Assembly: GCA_040751885.1 (NCBI GenBank)
Contig: JBFMFP010000003.1
Location: 1 to 50,591 of the forward strand
DNA length: 50,591 nt
DNA from: Nanobdellota archaeon
Lineage (GTDB): Archaea; Nanobdellota; Nanobdellia; Woesearchaeales; GW2011-AR9
Direction: 5' to 3'
The position numbers and the translations under genes are program-made. How positions within the stretch are numbered: position 1 is the first letter of the stretch; every line of letters starts with the position of its first letter. Under the pieces are notes generated by a model. That model was given only the letters and a program-made list of their open reading frames with translations. It did not search any database and was not told the DNA's origin. Below, piece after piece: positions 20,887 to 29,702 of the stretch.

Positions 20887-21800
20887 TAAAAATGCTAAAT
20901 CCAGAAATAGCTTACTTGTTGGGGATGATTGTCGGAAAAGGACAGGTAATTCGTGGTAATAAAGAAACAGAGGTCATCATAGATATTCCCCACAAAAATT
21001 TAGTAGTCGAAGGTGAGGATACCCAACAATCAATAAAAGCAAGTCTGCTGGACATTGTTGGCAGATTAAGGCCGTTAGTTGGTGCAGACATGAGTTGGGA
21101 TACTTCAAAACCTAATGTTGCCCATATAACTTTCTCTAAACCAAATGGAGATTATCTAATCAGGACAATCAATGCGTATCTCAAAAATAAAACCAGCTGG
21201 AGAGACTTTAGAATACCTGAAGAGATATCCACTGCCCAAACTGACATCAAAAAGGAATTTTTACGCGGACTTGCTGACGTAACGGCTCATATAAGGAAAA
21301 GTAATGTTGCTTGGAAGGATTTTGAATATAGGGTTTATGTTGAAATAATGACAAACTGGGAGTTATGCATAGATATAGCCAATTTATTAAAAGGGCTAGA
21401 TGTTCCGGTCCATACAATTAGATTTGCACATCCGAATATAGTGGATCCAACTCTAAAATTCTATAATAGAGGTATGAGAAATTACAAAGAGCATCAAATT
21501 AAAGTTTGGGCAGAAGAGTTTGAGAAAATTGGGTTTAACATAGAACATAAAAATAGATTATTAAAGAGATTTGCTGATCTTAACAGAAAAAATTGGAAAA
21601 AGTATGCTTCCAAATCCAAAAAATACAAAGGTAAACCAATTTCAGAAGTTCATCACAGATATTATTGGGAAACAAAAGAAATCGAGAAAAGAAAACAAAA
21701 ACATCCGGATGAAAATCACCCATCAATACATCCAAAGATAAGAGGAAGGCATTTTGACAGCTGGAAAGATATAGCAAAGGAGTTAGGTTACCATGAGTAA
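20883..21800 (+). CDS. LAGLIDADG-like two-motif protein; putative large/specificity subunit of a restriction enzyme
   Basis: EIAYLLGMIVGKG and RIPEEI...KKEFLRGLADVTA, then ELCIDIANLLKGLDV. Confidence 0.6.
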   Translation: MIKMLNPEIAYLLGMIVGKGQVIRGNKETEVIIDIPHKNLVVEGEDTQQSIKASLLDIVGRLRPLVGADMSWDTSKPNVAHITFSKPNGDYLIRTINAYLKNKTSWRDFRIPEEISTAQTDIKKEFLRGLADVTAHIRKSNVAWKDFEYRVYVEIMTNWELCIDIANLLKGLDVPVHTIRFAHPNIVDPTLKFYNRGMRNYKEHQIKVWAEEFEKIGFNIEHKNRLLKRFADLNRKNWKKYASKSKKYKGKPISEVHHRYYWETKEIEKRKQKHPDENHPSIHPKIRGRHFDSWKDIAKELGYHE

Positions 21801-22275
21801 AGAAGAAGAAAGATTATATCCAGAAATTAAAGAATGGCTACAGAATTATTTAATTGACAAATATAGAGGTTATACAGTAGAAACTACTTTTGAAACATCA
21901 AGAAGAAATTTAGACATCGTTTTGAAAAGTAAGAGAATCGAATGTAAAGAAGCAGTAGGTCTACAAGTTAAAATCGATGTTATAGGTATTTTGAAGAGAG
22001 GCGATGACTTTAAACTTGTGTTTGTTGAAGTAAAAGACAAAGAGTTGACACTTAAAGATTTAGGTCAGCTATGGGGTTATACTCAGTTAATCGATCCGAT
22101 AGAATCTTTCTTGGTGTCATCGAAAGGATTGGGTAGATTATCACATTTGTTTAATGTTTTGAGAAGAGAAGACTTATTGAAATTTGGAACAAAAACAAAT
22201 AAATTTATGCAAATAGCAAAATGGGATAAAAGGAGGGGTTGCATTGATTATTCGAGTTTAGTTCCTAAACTATAG
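21793..22275 (+). CDS. Small PD-(D/E)XK nuclease; putative restriction subunit
   Basis: KIDVIG...VFVEVK...LGQLWGY (Mrr/NucS-like QxxxY); 8-bp overlap with the upstream gene. Confidence 0.72.
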   Translation: MSKEEERLYPEIKEWLQNYLIDKYRGYTVETTFETSRRNLDIVLKSKRIECKEAVGLQVKIDVIGILKRGDDFKLVFVEVKDKELTLKDLGQLWGYTQLIDPIESFLVSSKGLGRLSHLFNVLRREDLLKFGTKTNKFMQIAKWDKRRGCIDYSSLVPKL

Positions 22276-22282
22276 AGTAAGT

Positions 22283-23062
22283 TTATTTAGCCTCTTTCCA
22301 TCTTTCAGAAAATAAATCTTTCATTGAAGATGCTACCTCGCTAATTTCTCGTATTGTGGCGTCCTTATTGCCTAAATCTTTAATACTACTTCCAATTGAC
22401 CAACATTTATTACCTTCAATGATAAAGCGGTCATGAATCTTTTGATTGATTTTTACCTCTATCTGTATTCCAAGCTCCTTACTCAGTTTTTTCTTGTAGT
22501 CTTCAAATTTATCTGAATCATAAATGTTTGTAGTCAATAGCTTCAACGATTTTATTTTTCCCTTCAATACAGAAAAGGGAAACAGTGTAGAATGTGAGAC
22601 ATGAGAATCGCACAGCAATATTTCTTCACCGTTAAACTGAGAAGTTAAAAATTCTTCAAATAATTTTATAGCAGTAAAATTTTCACCAGATTTTATTACA
22701 TAAACTGGCGACTTGCCAACTTGACCCAAAATATTTCTTATCTTTTTCAAACCACCACTTAAGAAATAGAGGTTTTTGTCTTTTTCTTTTAGAATAGACT
22801 TCTTTTTGGCTTGATATACATTCACTTTGAAATTATCATCTTTTTTGCCAAAAGATACAAACAAATCTTTAACCTCATTATAATTGGCACCGGCTTCCTG
22901 CTTTGCATTTTCTATCAAATAAATAGAAACTAAAATGACATCTAAATCAGTAAGAGAATCGCCTACAATAAGCGTATTGTGATGTTTCTGTATCAATCCA
23001 GACATTTCTGGAGGAATCTCTACTTTGGATTCACTTTTCTTTTTTGAGGTCATTTTTAACAA
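22283..23062 (-). CDS. wHTH-like plus PLD-like (HDRF) domain protein
   Basis: ILLCDSH...LLT...IHDRFII...WSIGSSIKDLG. Confidence 0.65.
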   Translation of the reverse strand: MLKMTSKKKSESKVEIPPEMSGLIQKHHNTLIVGDSLTDLDVILVSIYLIENAKQEAGANYNEVKDLFVSFGKKDDNFKVNVYQAKKKSILKEKDKNLYFLSGGLKKIRNILGQVGKSPVYVIKSGENFTAIKLFEEFLTSQFNGEEILLCDSHVSHSTLFPFSVLKGKIKSLKLLTTNIYDSDKFEDYKKKLSKELGIQIEVKINQKIHDRFIIEGNKCWSIGSSIKDLGNKDATIREISEVASSMKDLFSERWKEAK

Positions 23063-23429
23063 ACCTTTCTCCTGTGCTGGTTAAAGTCCATGCCTTAAAC
23101 TTATCTTTCTTTTCTTTAGCTTCCATCATGTAACCGCTTTTTATATTCTGAATTACTTTGTAATTTACATTATCTGGTACTTTCTCTTTTGCATCCCTAA
23201 ACCCATCCTCAACATCTTTGGCGTTGTAAATATTCATGCCTTTATACTTTTCAAGGTAGTAGCAGACTACCAATGTTCTTTGAACATCATCTTTAGGTTT
23301 TTTAGAAAGAAGAAACTCTTTTATGGAAATCTGTTTCTTCCCACTTTTCACATCTGATTTAGGTATGCCTTCCAACACCCTTATTCGCTTTTCATAGTCA
23401 TCAAGAATTCGTTTGGTTTCCTCGTCCAT
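23031..23429 (-). CDS. Winged-helix protein with N-terminal short coiled coil
   Basis: YEKRIRVLE; LVVCYYL; KSGYM...WTLTSTGERFV wing. Confidence 0.7.
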   Translation of the reverse strand: MDEETKRILDDYEKRIRVLEGIPKSDVKSGKKQISIKEFLLSKKPKDDVQRTLVVCYYLEKYKGMNIYNAKDVEDGFRDAKEKVPDNVNYKVIQNIKSGYMMEAKEKKDKFKAWTLTSTGERFVKNDLKKEK

Positions 23430-23438
23430 ATTGTTACC

Positions 23439-23846
23439 TCATTTCTTTTGTTTAGTTCCCAAGACATCGTCAAATATTTCTTTTATTCTGTGGTAAGCTA
23501 CTCTGTATTTCTTTCCTGGAAGATATTCGACATATCCCTTGTTTACCAGTTCCTTCATGTTTCCGGAAAGAGTAGTCATCGGTCTACCAATTTCCTTAGC
23601 TATTTCAGATATGCTTAGTGAAGGGTTTTCTATCATACTAAGCCTATTAGCAAAATACTTACCCAATAAAACTATTGCTATCCTCTGCTTATCATTTAAT
23701 GTGCCAAAGTTCTGGAAGATTATCTTACCTGAAGGTTTCTCAATCCTGAAATGTTTAGACGCCTCTCCGACTAGTTTTTCCATTTCTTTAGTTATGTCCT
23801 TTTCTTCAACTACGAGTTTCTTTAAAATCTCATTTTCTTCTGTCAT
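23439..23846 (-). CDS. Winged-helix protein
   Basis: LSISEIAKEIGRPMTTLSGNMKELVNKGYV. Confidence 0.75.
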   Translation of the reverse strand: MTEENEILKKLVVEEKDITKEMEKLVGEASKHFRIEKPSGKIIFQNFGTLNDKQRIAIVLLGKYFANRLSMIENPSLSISEIAKEIGRPMTTLSGNMKELVNKGYVEYLPGKKYRVAYHRIKEIFDDVLGTKQKK

Positions 23847-23983
23847 ATTAATTTACCCCCATTTCTTACGAAATTTACTTTTCTGACATTATAAACTTTA
23901 GAAACCACAAGTATTTAAATCTTTATGTCCTGAACCCTAAAATTTAGTTGATGGCACCGTCAACTTTGCCAACTACTGTAAAC

Positions 23984-24156
23984 GGCACAGTCCGTTTCGT
24001 GAGTGATTGCTGGAGTCAGACCAACCGAAAACCCGATGTTTTTTGAGAAGTATAATCGTCGTTTATCTTTATTGTTTTCGGACCTTAATCCCCAGTATAT
24101 TGCCCTTTTGGTCGGACATTCTTGGCCTTGCCATCACTCACTTTTTGGACTGTGCC
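23984..24156. mobile_element. MITE, 173 bp, with IS1595-like ends
   Basis: 24-bp imperfect TIR GGCACAGTCC-N5-GTGAGTGAT at both ends; 8-bp TSD GAATAAAC at 24157-24164 and 16374-16381 (left copy displaced by the larger transposon). Confidence 0.85.
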
Positions 24157-24260
24157 GAATAAACAGCTTTTAAATTCTCTTTGAATAAACAGACAAACAT
24201 ATACAATAAATAGGGCTATTTTATATACATAAGCCCCTATGGAAACTGCGGTGGTGTATT

Positions 24261-24491
24261 ATGAAATCATTTATACTTATTTCCCTGAATGAAGGATTTA
24301 GTAAAGGCGTTATTGATGATTTGAAGGACTACCCGCAAGTTAAAGATGTACATTTCATCTTCGGCGAATGGGATCTTATTGCTGAGGTGGAAGTGGCTAA
24401 TTCTGAAGAGCTCTATTCCTTTGTGGTAGATAAGCTTAGAGCCAGGGGAGATGTAAAACTGACCAGCAGCCTGATCGTTGCCGGGCAATAA
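24261..24491 (+). CDS. Lrp/AsnC ligand-binding (RAM) domain protein
   Basis: VHFIFGEWDLIAEV...LR...V..TSSLI. Confidence 0.85.
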   Translation: MKSFILISLNEGFSKGVIDDLKDYPQVKDVHFIFGEWDLIAEVEVANSEELYSFVVDKLRARGDVKLTSSLIVAGQ

Positions 24492-24522
24492 ATTTAAGTA
24501 TTCTTCTTTTTTTATTTTAGTA

Positions 24523-24846
24523 ATGCCTAAATTAATGCTCCCAAAAAAACAAAAAGAAATAGCCGGAATAGCCAGAGAAAGGATTAAAATATTATTTCAG
24601 CAGGCAGAGGATACTTTTTCTGAAAACAGAGCCTTATCTAACCGTTATGTAGCTTTAGCAAGAAAAATTGCCATGAAAGTAAAAGTAAAAATCCCCATTC
24701 ATCTAAAAAGAAAATTCTGCAAGCACTGCCGCAGCTTTTTAATGCCGGGAGTAAATTCCAGAATCAGGACGAGGAAGGGCAGGGTAGTTATCTCCTGCTT
24801 TGAGTGTAAGAAGTTTATGAGGATACCGGTTAAAGACAAATTGTGA
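24523..24846 (+). CDS. rnp4: RNase P protein Rpp21
   Basis: IARERI, RYV.LARKI, KRKFCKHC...PG...C..C; start reassigned to ATG 24523. Confidence 0.9.
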   Translation: MPKLMLPKKQKEIAGIARERIKILFQQAEDTFSENRALSNRYVALARKIAMKVKVKIPIHLKRKFCKHCRSFLMPGVNSRIRTRKGRVVISCFECKKFMRIPVKDKL

Positions 24847-25047
24847 ACCAGAGTCAGCAGGGCATAACTTTTCGCATCATTCCCCCAAACGGAAGTCAAT
24901 ACTGAGCAATTTAATGAGCGCAAAGGTAAAGATTAGTGATACTGGGGTGAAAGTATTAAAATCACGACAAACGTAATTAAAAAAGTATTAGTTTATACTT
25001 CTAAAATAGAAAAGTTTATAAATAATGAATACAAACAACAATTAAAA

Positions 25048-26397
25048 ATGAATAAAGAAATACAACTGTTAATAAAAATATGCAAAACTAATAAGAACGT
25101 ATTTTCGCCCGATGAGTTAGCGGCAGCCCTAAACCTTAAGTACAGGGAAGGCGTTTATCCCTATGTACGAAAACTGCAAGAGCAGCAGCTCTTAATAAAA
25201 GAAGAGCGCGGAACATTTATCTTAAATGAAGATGATGAGCGGGTAAAAACCATAAAATTCTTCTTAAGCTTATTTGGCGCAAATACTGAGGTACTTTTTA
25301 GCAATCATACCAAACGAATTTTAGAAAAGTTCAGCGTTAATCCCATACTTAAAGCCTCTGATCTTCCGCAGCATAACCTCAAGAAAATAAAAGACATAGC
25401 TAGAAAAACGAGGATCATTCACACCACGAAAGACGGCCGTGCTGGTGTTTATTTCATCCGTTCTTGGGAGGAACCAGTTAAAAAGCTATTAGAATTTTTC
25501 AACATTGAGCTGAAATTTGATGACGAAGAATTCAAGCATCAAATCATTAAAGCGTATTCCATATTTACCGGAAAGCAAGCTCATCTTACCGATGAAAAAC
25601 AACAGGAATTGGCAAGGCTAAACTTGCAGTACTATTTTGAAGGCAAAGATTTTATTCTCAATAAGTTGAAAAATGTAATTTTAGCAGAAACTGCGTTCTT
25701 GGATGTTCTCACTAAAGAAAAACTCAAGCGCGTTATAAACCCGTTTGAAATAACAAAAAAAATAAATGAATGGAAAATAAAATATGTTTATAATACTGAT
25801 AAAATCGAAGGGAACATATTGACTTTTGATGAAGTTAAAACAGGATTAACCAAGGGATGGGAAGGAATAAAAAAAGAAAAAAAATGGATTCTGGAAACAG
25901 AAAATTCAAAAAAAGCAGTAGAAAACATTTTTGATACGACAAACGAATTGACATTAGAGTTTATACAAAACCTACATTTTATTACTCAGCAAGGTATTGA
26001 TGAAAGCGCTGGACAATATAAACAGGAAGAAAACTGCATCATAGATGCAGGCGGCACGCTTATTGATAATACTACCCCGGCTAAATTTGTTGAAGAACGA
26101 CTTAGCAGTCTTGTCAAATGGTATAAGGACAATGAAAAGAAACTTCACCCCATTGTTTTAGCAAGTATCTTCCATAATCAATTTGTCTATATCCATCCAT
26201 TTGAAGATGGCAATGGCAGAGTTTCTCGGCTTTTGCTCAATTTTGTACTAATAAAACATGGCTTTTTTCCAGTAATAATTTTTAATGATGAAAAACACAG
26301 ATACTACAGCGCTTTAAGACAATCAAAAGAAGGTGACATTAAGCCGTTCATAATGTACCTATCTGATGTTTATAGAACACAATTGGAGTTGTTTTAA
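25048..26397 (+). CDS. Fic-family protein with N-terminal wHTH
   Basis: HPFEDGNGRVSR catalytic motif; TDKIEG autoinhibitory motif. Confidence 0.9.
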   Translation: MNKEIQLLIKICKTNKNVFSPDELAAALNLKYREGVYPYVRKLQEQQLLIKEERGTFILNEDDERVKTIKFFLSLFGANTEVLFSNHTKRILEKFSVNPILKASDLPQHNLKKIKDIARKTRIIHTTKDGRAGVYFIRSWEEPVKKLLEFFNIELKFDDEEFKHQIIKAYSIFTGKQAHLTDEKQQELARLNLQYYFEGKDFILNKLKNVILAETAFLDVLTKEKLKRVINPFEITKKINEWKIKYVYNTDKIEGNILTFDEVKTGLTKGWEGIKKEKKWILETENSKKAVENIFDTTNELTLEFIQNLHFITQQGIDESAGQYKQEENCIIDAGGTLIDNTTPAKFVEERLSSLVKWYKDNEKKLHPIVLASIFHNQFVYIHPFEDGNGRVSRLLLNFVLIKHGFFPVIIFNDEKHRYYSALRQSKEGDIKPFIMYLSDVYRTQLELF

Positions 26398-26583
26398 AAT
26401 AGAAAAAATTATTGTTTTATAGATAATTCCCTTGATTAGAGCAAAATTTCCTAATTATTTGTCGTCAGTTAGGATGTACTAAAATGTGCTCTAACTATCA
26501 GAATTATCTATAGGAATCGAAATCCCATGCTATAGAGTTCTCAGGTATTTGGGAGGAAATAAACAACCCAAATATCCTCACTT

Positions 26584-28923
26584 TTATCTCTTTTTCAACT
26601 CTTCCCTTTCTGCTTCCAGCATTAATTTTCTCTCTGTCTTTGCCACTACCTGTTTGATTTCCTGCACTGCATCAGGGTTGGCTGAAATTGAATCTATGCC
26701 GTTATATACCAAAAACTCAGCCATCTTTGGCCTGCTGCCGGCCTGCCCGCAGATGGAAGTGACAACATTATATTTTTTACACGTTTTAATCACTTTGGCT
26801 ATTTCGCCTAAAACTGCCGGATGCATTTCATCAAATAATTTGGATATTCTTTCGTTATTCCTGTCTACTCCTAAAGTAAGCTGGGTCAGATCGTTAGTGC
26901 CAAAGGAAATAAAACTAATCCCTTCCATGCACAAATCTTCAATTATCCAGCAGGCTGCCGGAGTTTCTACCATTACACCAAAATCAATCTCTTTTACCGC
27001 TTCCAGACCAATGTCGCGCATAATTTTTTTGGCTTTGACAACTTCATCTGCCCGAATTACAAAAGGCAGCATTACTCCCACATTATTAAGGCCCTCATCA
27101 TGCAGCTCTTTAATTGCCTGAAATTCCGCTCTTAGAATTTCCGGCTCGTCTAACAACCTTCTGATAGCATGCCAGCCAATCATCGGATCAGTCTCTTTGG
27201 GCTCTTGGGCACCACCCTGCAAATTCCTGTATTCATCCGTCCTCATGTCCGAGCATCTCACCCAGACCGGCTTCCCGGCAAAGGCCTGAGCCATTTTTCT
27301 GATACCCTTTTTGAGCAAATTAACATAGTCCTGTTTCTTACCCTTGCGGATGTACTCTGCCGGATGTATCCCGCCGTTGGCAATCATTATTTCCAGCCTG
27401 ACTAAGCCGATGCCCTCAGCTCCCGTAGCCGCGGCTTTTTCAGCCAGCTCCGGTATGTCCATAATAACTTTAACCTCAGTCGCTGTAGCTTCCTCAGGAC
27501 AAGCAGCCGCTTTACCTGCGGGAGGGGATGAAGCAGCTTCCTCTTTTGCACCAACTCCTGCTTCAGTTCCGGCTTTTATTCTGCCTTCGTAAACAACCCC
27601 CCGGGAAGCATGCACAGTGACTATTTCCCCTTCTTTCAGCGTAGCAGTTGCAGTTTCCGTTCCGACTATGCAGGGTATTCCCATCTCCCTGGAGACAATA
27701 GCAGCATGACAGGTCATTCCCCCTTCATCTGTAACAATAGCACCTGCCTTCTGCATTGCCGGGACCATGTCCGGCGTAGTCATGGCTGTCACCAAAACAT
27801 CTCCTTTCTGCACTTTACCAAGCTCAGAAGCATTTTTAATGAGCCTAACAGCACCTGAATAAACTCCGGGCGATGCCGTTTCTCCTTTAAGCAGAATCTT
27901 GCCGGCTTCTTCAGCAATAGCTGCCCGCCCTTCCGCAGAGGGCTTAAAAGTTGTCACTGCCCTTGACTGAACGATAAAGAGCTGGTTTTTTTCAATCGCC
28001 CATTCAATATCCTGCGGATGGCCGTAATGATCCTCAATTTTCTTCCCCAGCCGGGCCAATTCCTTAATCTGCGTTTCAGGAATTACCTGTCTCATCTGCA
28101 GATTTCCCGGGATTTCTCTTTTTTCATTTTCACCCTTTTTATTTCTGAACAGAGCAACTTCCTGCTTTTTCACTTCAATTTTCTTAATCTCATGAGTTTT
28201 CTTGTCCAGAAGATAAAAATCAGGGTTAACTTCTCCGGAAACGACCATTTCTCCTAGCCCATAAATAGCTTCAATTACAATCTCCTCAGCATTGTTTGTA
28301 GAGGGATTAACTGTAAACATTATTCCGGAAGCGTCAGAATTAACCATCCTCTGCACAATTGCAGAAATAAGAACCTTCAGGTGTAAAAACTTATTTTTTT
28401 CCCGATAATAAATAGCTCTGGCCGTGAACAAAGATGCCCAGCAGGAAAGAACAGCTAAAACTACATTTTGTTTTCCCTTGATGTTAAGAAAAGTGGCCTG
28501 CTGCCCGGCAAATGACGCCTCTGGCATGTCTTCTGCCGTTGCTGAACTTCTTACGGCAACAAAAACGTCTTTTCCCTTTACTAACTCCTGGGCCCCTTTT
28601 CCTGCTCCCAGCAATTCATAGCTTTCTTTTATTTCTTCAGCTATCTCTTCAGGCATAGGAGTAGAAATGATTAACTGTTGTATCTGCTCAGCAACCTTCT
28701 GCAATTTGGCTGTATCTTCAACATCCAGCCCCTCAAGAAGCTGCTCAATTTTTCCTTTTATTTTTGTTCTTTCCAGATATTCCCGATAGGCCTGCGCGGT
28801 AACTGCAAAGCCCGGCGGGACAGGAAGGCCCATGTTGAACATTTCTCCTAAATTAGCGCCCTTGCCGCCAGCAATATCTACGGAATCTTTATTTATATCT
28901 TTAAACCAGGCAATGTAAGACAT
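26584..28923 (-). CDS. ppsA: Phosphoenolpyruvate synthase
   Basis: GGKGANLGEM, VRSSATAED, GGMTCHAAIVSRE, GTNDLTQ, SICGQA; GAGGTG SD before ATG 28923. Confidence 0.96.
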   Translation of the reverse strand: MSYIAWFKDINKDSVDIAGGKGANLGEMFNMGLPVPPGFAVTAQAYREYLERTKIKGKIEQLLEGLDVEDTAKLQKVAEQIQQLIISTPMPEEIAEEIKESYELLGAGKGAQELVKGKDVFVAVRSSATAEDMPEASFAGQQATFLNIKGKQNVVLAVLSCWASLFTARAIYYREKNKFLHLKVLISAIVQRMVNSDASGIMFTVNPSTNNAEEIVIEAIYGLGEMVVSGEVNPDFYLLDKKTHEIKKIEVKKQEVALFRNKKGENEKREIPGNLQMRQVIPETQIKELARLGKKIEDHYGHPQDIEWAIEKNQLFIVQSRAVTTFKPSAEGRAAIAEEAGKILLKGETASPGVYSGAVRLIKNASELGKVQKGDVLVTAMTTPDMVPAMQKAGAIVTDEGGMTCHAAIVSREMGIPCIVGTETATATLKEGEIVTVHASRGVVYEGRIKAGTEAGVGAKEEAASSPPAGKAAACPEEATATEVKVIMDIPELAEKAAATGAEGIGLVRLEIMIANGGIHPAEYIRKGKKQDYVNLLKKGIRKMAQAFAGKPVWVRCSDMRTDEYRNLQGGAQEPKETDPMIGWHAIRRLLDEPEILRAEFQAIKELHDEGLNNVGVMLPFVIRADEVVKAKKIMRDIGLEAVKEIDFGVMVETPAACWIIEDLCMEGISFISFGTNDLTQLTLGVDRNNERISKLFDEMHPAVLGEIAKVIKTCKKYNVVTSICGQAGSRPKMAEFLVYNGIDSISANPDAVQEIKQVVAKTERKLMLEAEREELKKR

Positions 28924-28940
28924 TTTAAGCACCTCTTTAA

Positions 28941-29012
28941 TACTTATTTATCTGATTTTGTACTTATTTATCTGATTTTATATTTACTTATCTGATTTTA
29001 TACTTATTCATC
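28941..29012. repeat. 20-bp imperfect tandem repeat, ~3.5 copies
   Basis: tacttatttatctgatttt(g/a) units. Confidence 0.8.
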
Positions 29013-29064
29013 ATTTAATAACATACTTTTTATTATTAAATCAAGTTATAGTAATTAAACTTTT

Positions 29065-29092
29065 CATCTCTTCGTTAACATCTCTTCGTTAA
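29065..29092. repeat. Perfect 14-bp duplication
   Basis: catctcttcgttaa x2. Confidence 0.8.
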
Positions 29093-29098
29093 ATTTCT

Positions 29099-29695
29099 TC
29101 ATTTTATCAATATTTTATCTTTCTCCACCCGTTCATAAAAAGCTGGGTCTTTACTTCCCATTAAAGCCCATTCGCTGGCGGTAAATAATTGCAGTCTGAT
29201 TTCCTTCTTTAATTTTTTGGCCAATTTATCAATATCAGCAATAATTTCTTCTTTGTTTATTTTCCCTAAAACCAAAAGATCATAATCACTTTCCGTATTA
29301 TCCCCTCCTCTGGCAGCGCTGCCAAACAAATAGAATTCACAGTTGTGTTTCCTGGAAAGACTTGTTAAAAAGCTTAATTTAGCTAAACTGTTCAGAATTT
29401 TTAACCGCCTGACCAAATAATTATCTATGTTGATCTGGTAAAGTTTGTTTCTCCCTATTTTTGTTAAAGTGATTAAATTATTTTTTTGCAGTTTAGATAA
29501 AAACTTGCTTAAAGTAGCTTTAGCCAGTTCGGTTTTTTCCCTTAACTGCGTATAGGTATATTTCTGCGGATTATCAGCTAAGAATATCAATACAGACAGA
29601 GAGCTATCCATGAGTTCACTTAATTGAACCATATGGAGCAAAAAGATGAACTTATATTTAAATTTAGTGGTTGGTTGAAAATTGTTGTATAGCAA
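29099..29695 (-). CDS. wHTH plus minimal nucleotidyltransferase (MNT), no adjacent HEPN
   Basis: YLFGSAARG...SDYDLLV; true start probably ~60 nt downstream (MVQLSELM). Confidence 0.85.
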   Translation of the reverse strand: MLYNNFQPTTKFKYKFIFLLHMVQLSELMDSSLSVLIFLADNPQKYTYTQLREKTELAKATLSKFLSKLQKNNLITLTKIGRNKLYQINIDNYLVRRLKILNSLAKLSFLTSLSRKHNCEFYLFGSAARGGDNTESDYDLLVLGKINKEEIIADIDKLAKKLKKEIRLQLFTASEWALMGSKDPAFYERVEKDKILIK

Positions 29696-29702
29696 TAGTC
29701 AC

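Larger units (their letters stand above)
16382..23978. mobile_element. Cargo-carrying ISH3/IS4-like transposon, 7,597 bp
   Basis: Perfect 19-bp TIR CAGTAGTTGGCAAAGTTGA at 16382-16400 with its reverse complement at 23960-23978; 5-bp TSD TAAAC at 16377-16381 and 23979-23983; internal DDE transposase; cargo looks AT-richer. Confidence 0.92.

Noticed and set aside
20883-21800. Intein or free-standing active homing endonuclease
   Set aside because: There are no intein splice motifs, the catalytic acids are absent, and the gene is translationally coupled inside an MTase operon.
24179-24192. Third GAATAAAC copy as an alternative MITE boundary
   Set aside because: The TIR ends at 24156 directly before the first copy. 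The extra copy fits the local tendency for short duplications.
28941-29012. CRISPR array in the 20-30 bp repeats here and at 12776 and 887
   Set aside because: The units are directly adjacent with no unique spacers, and there are no cas genes.
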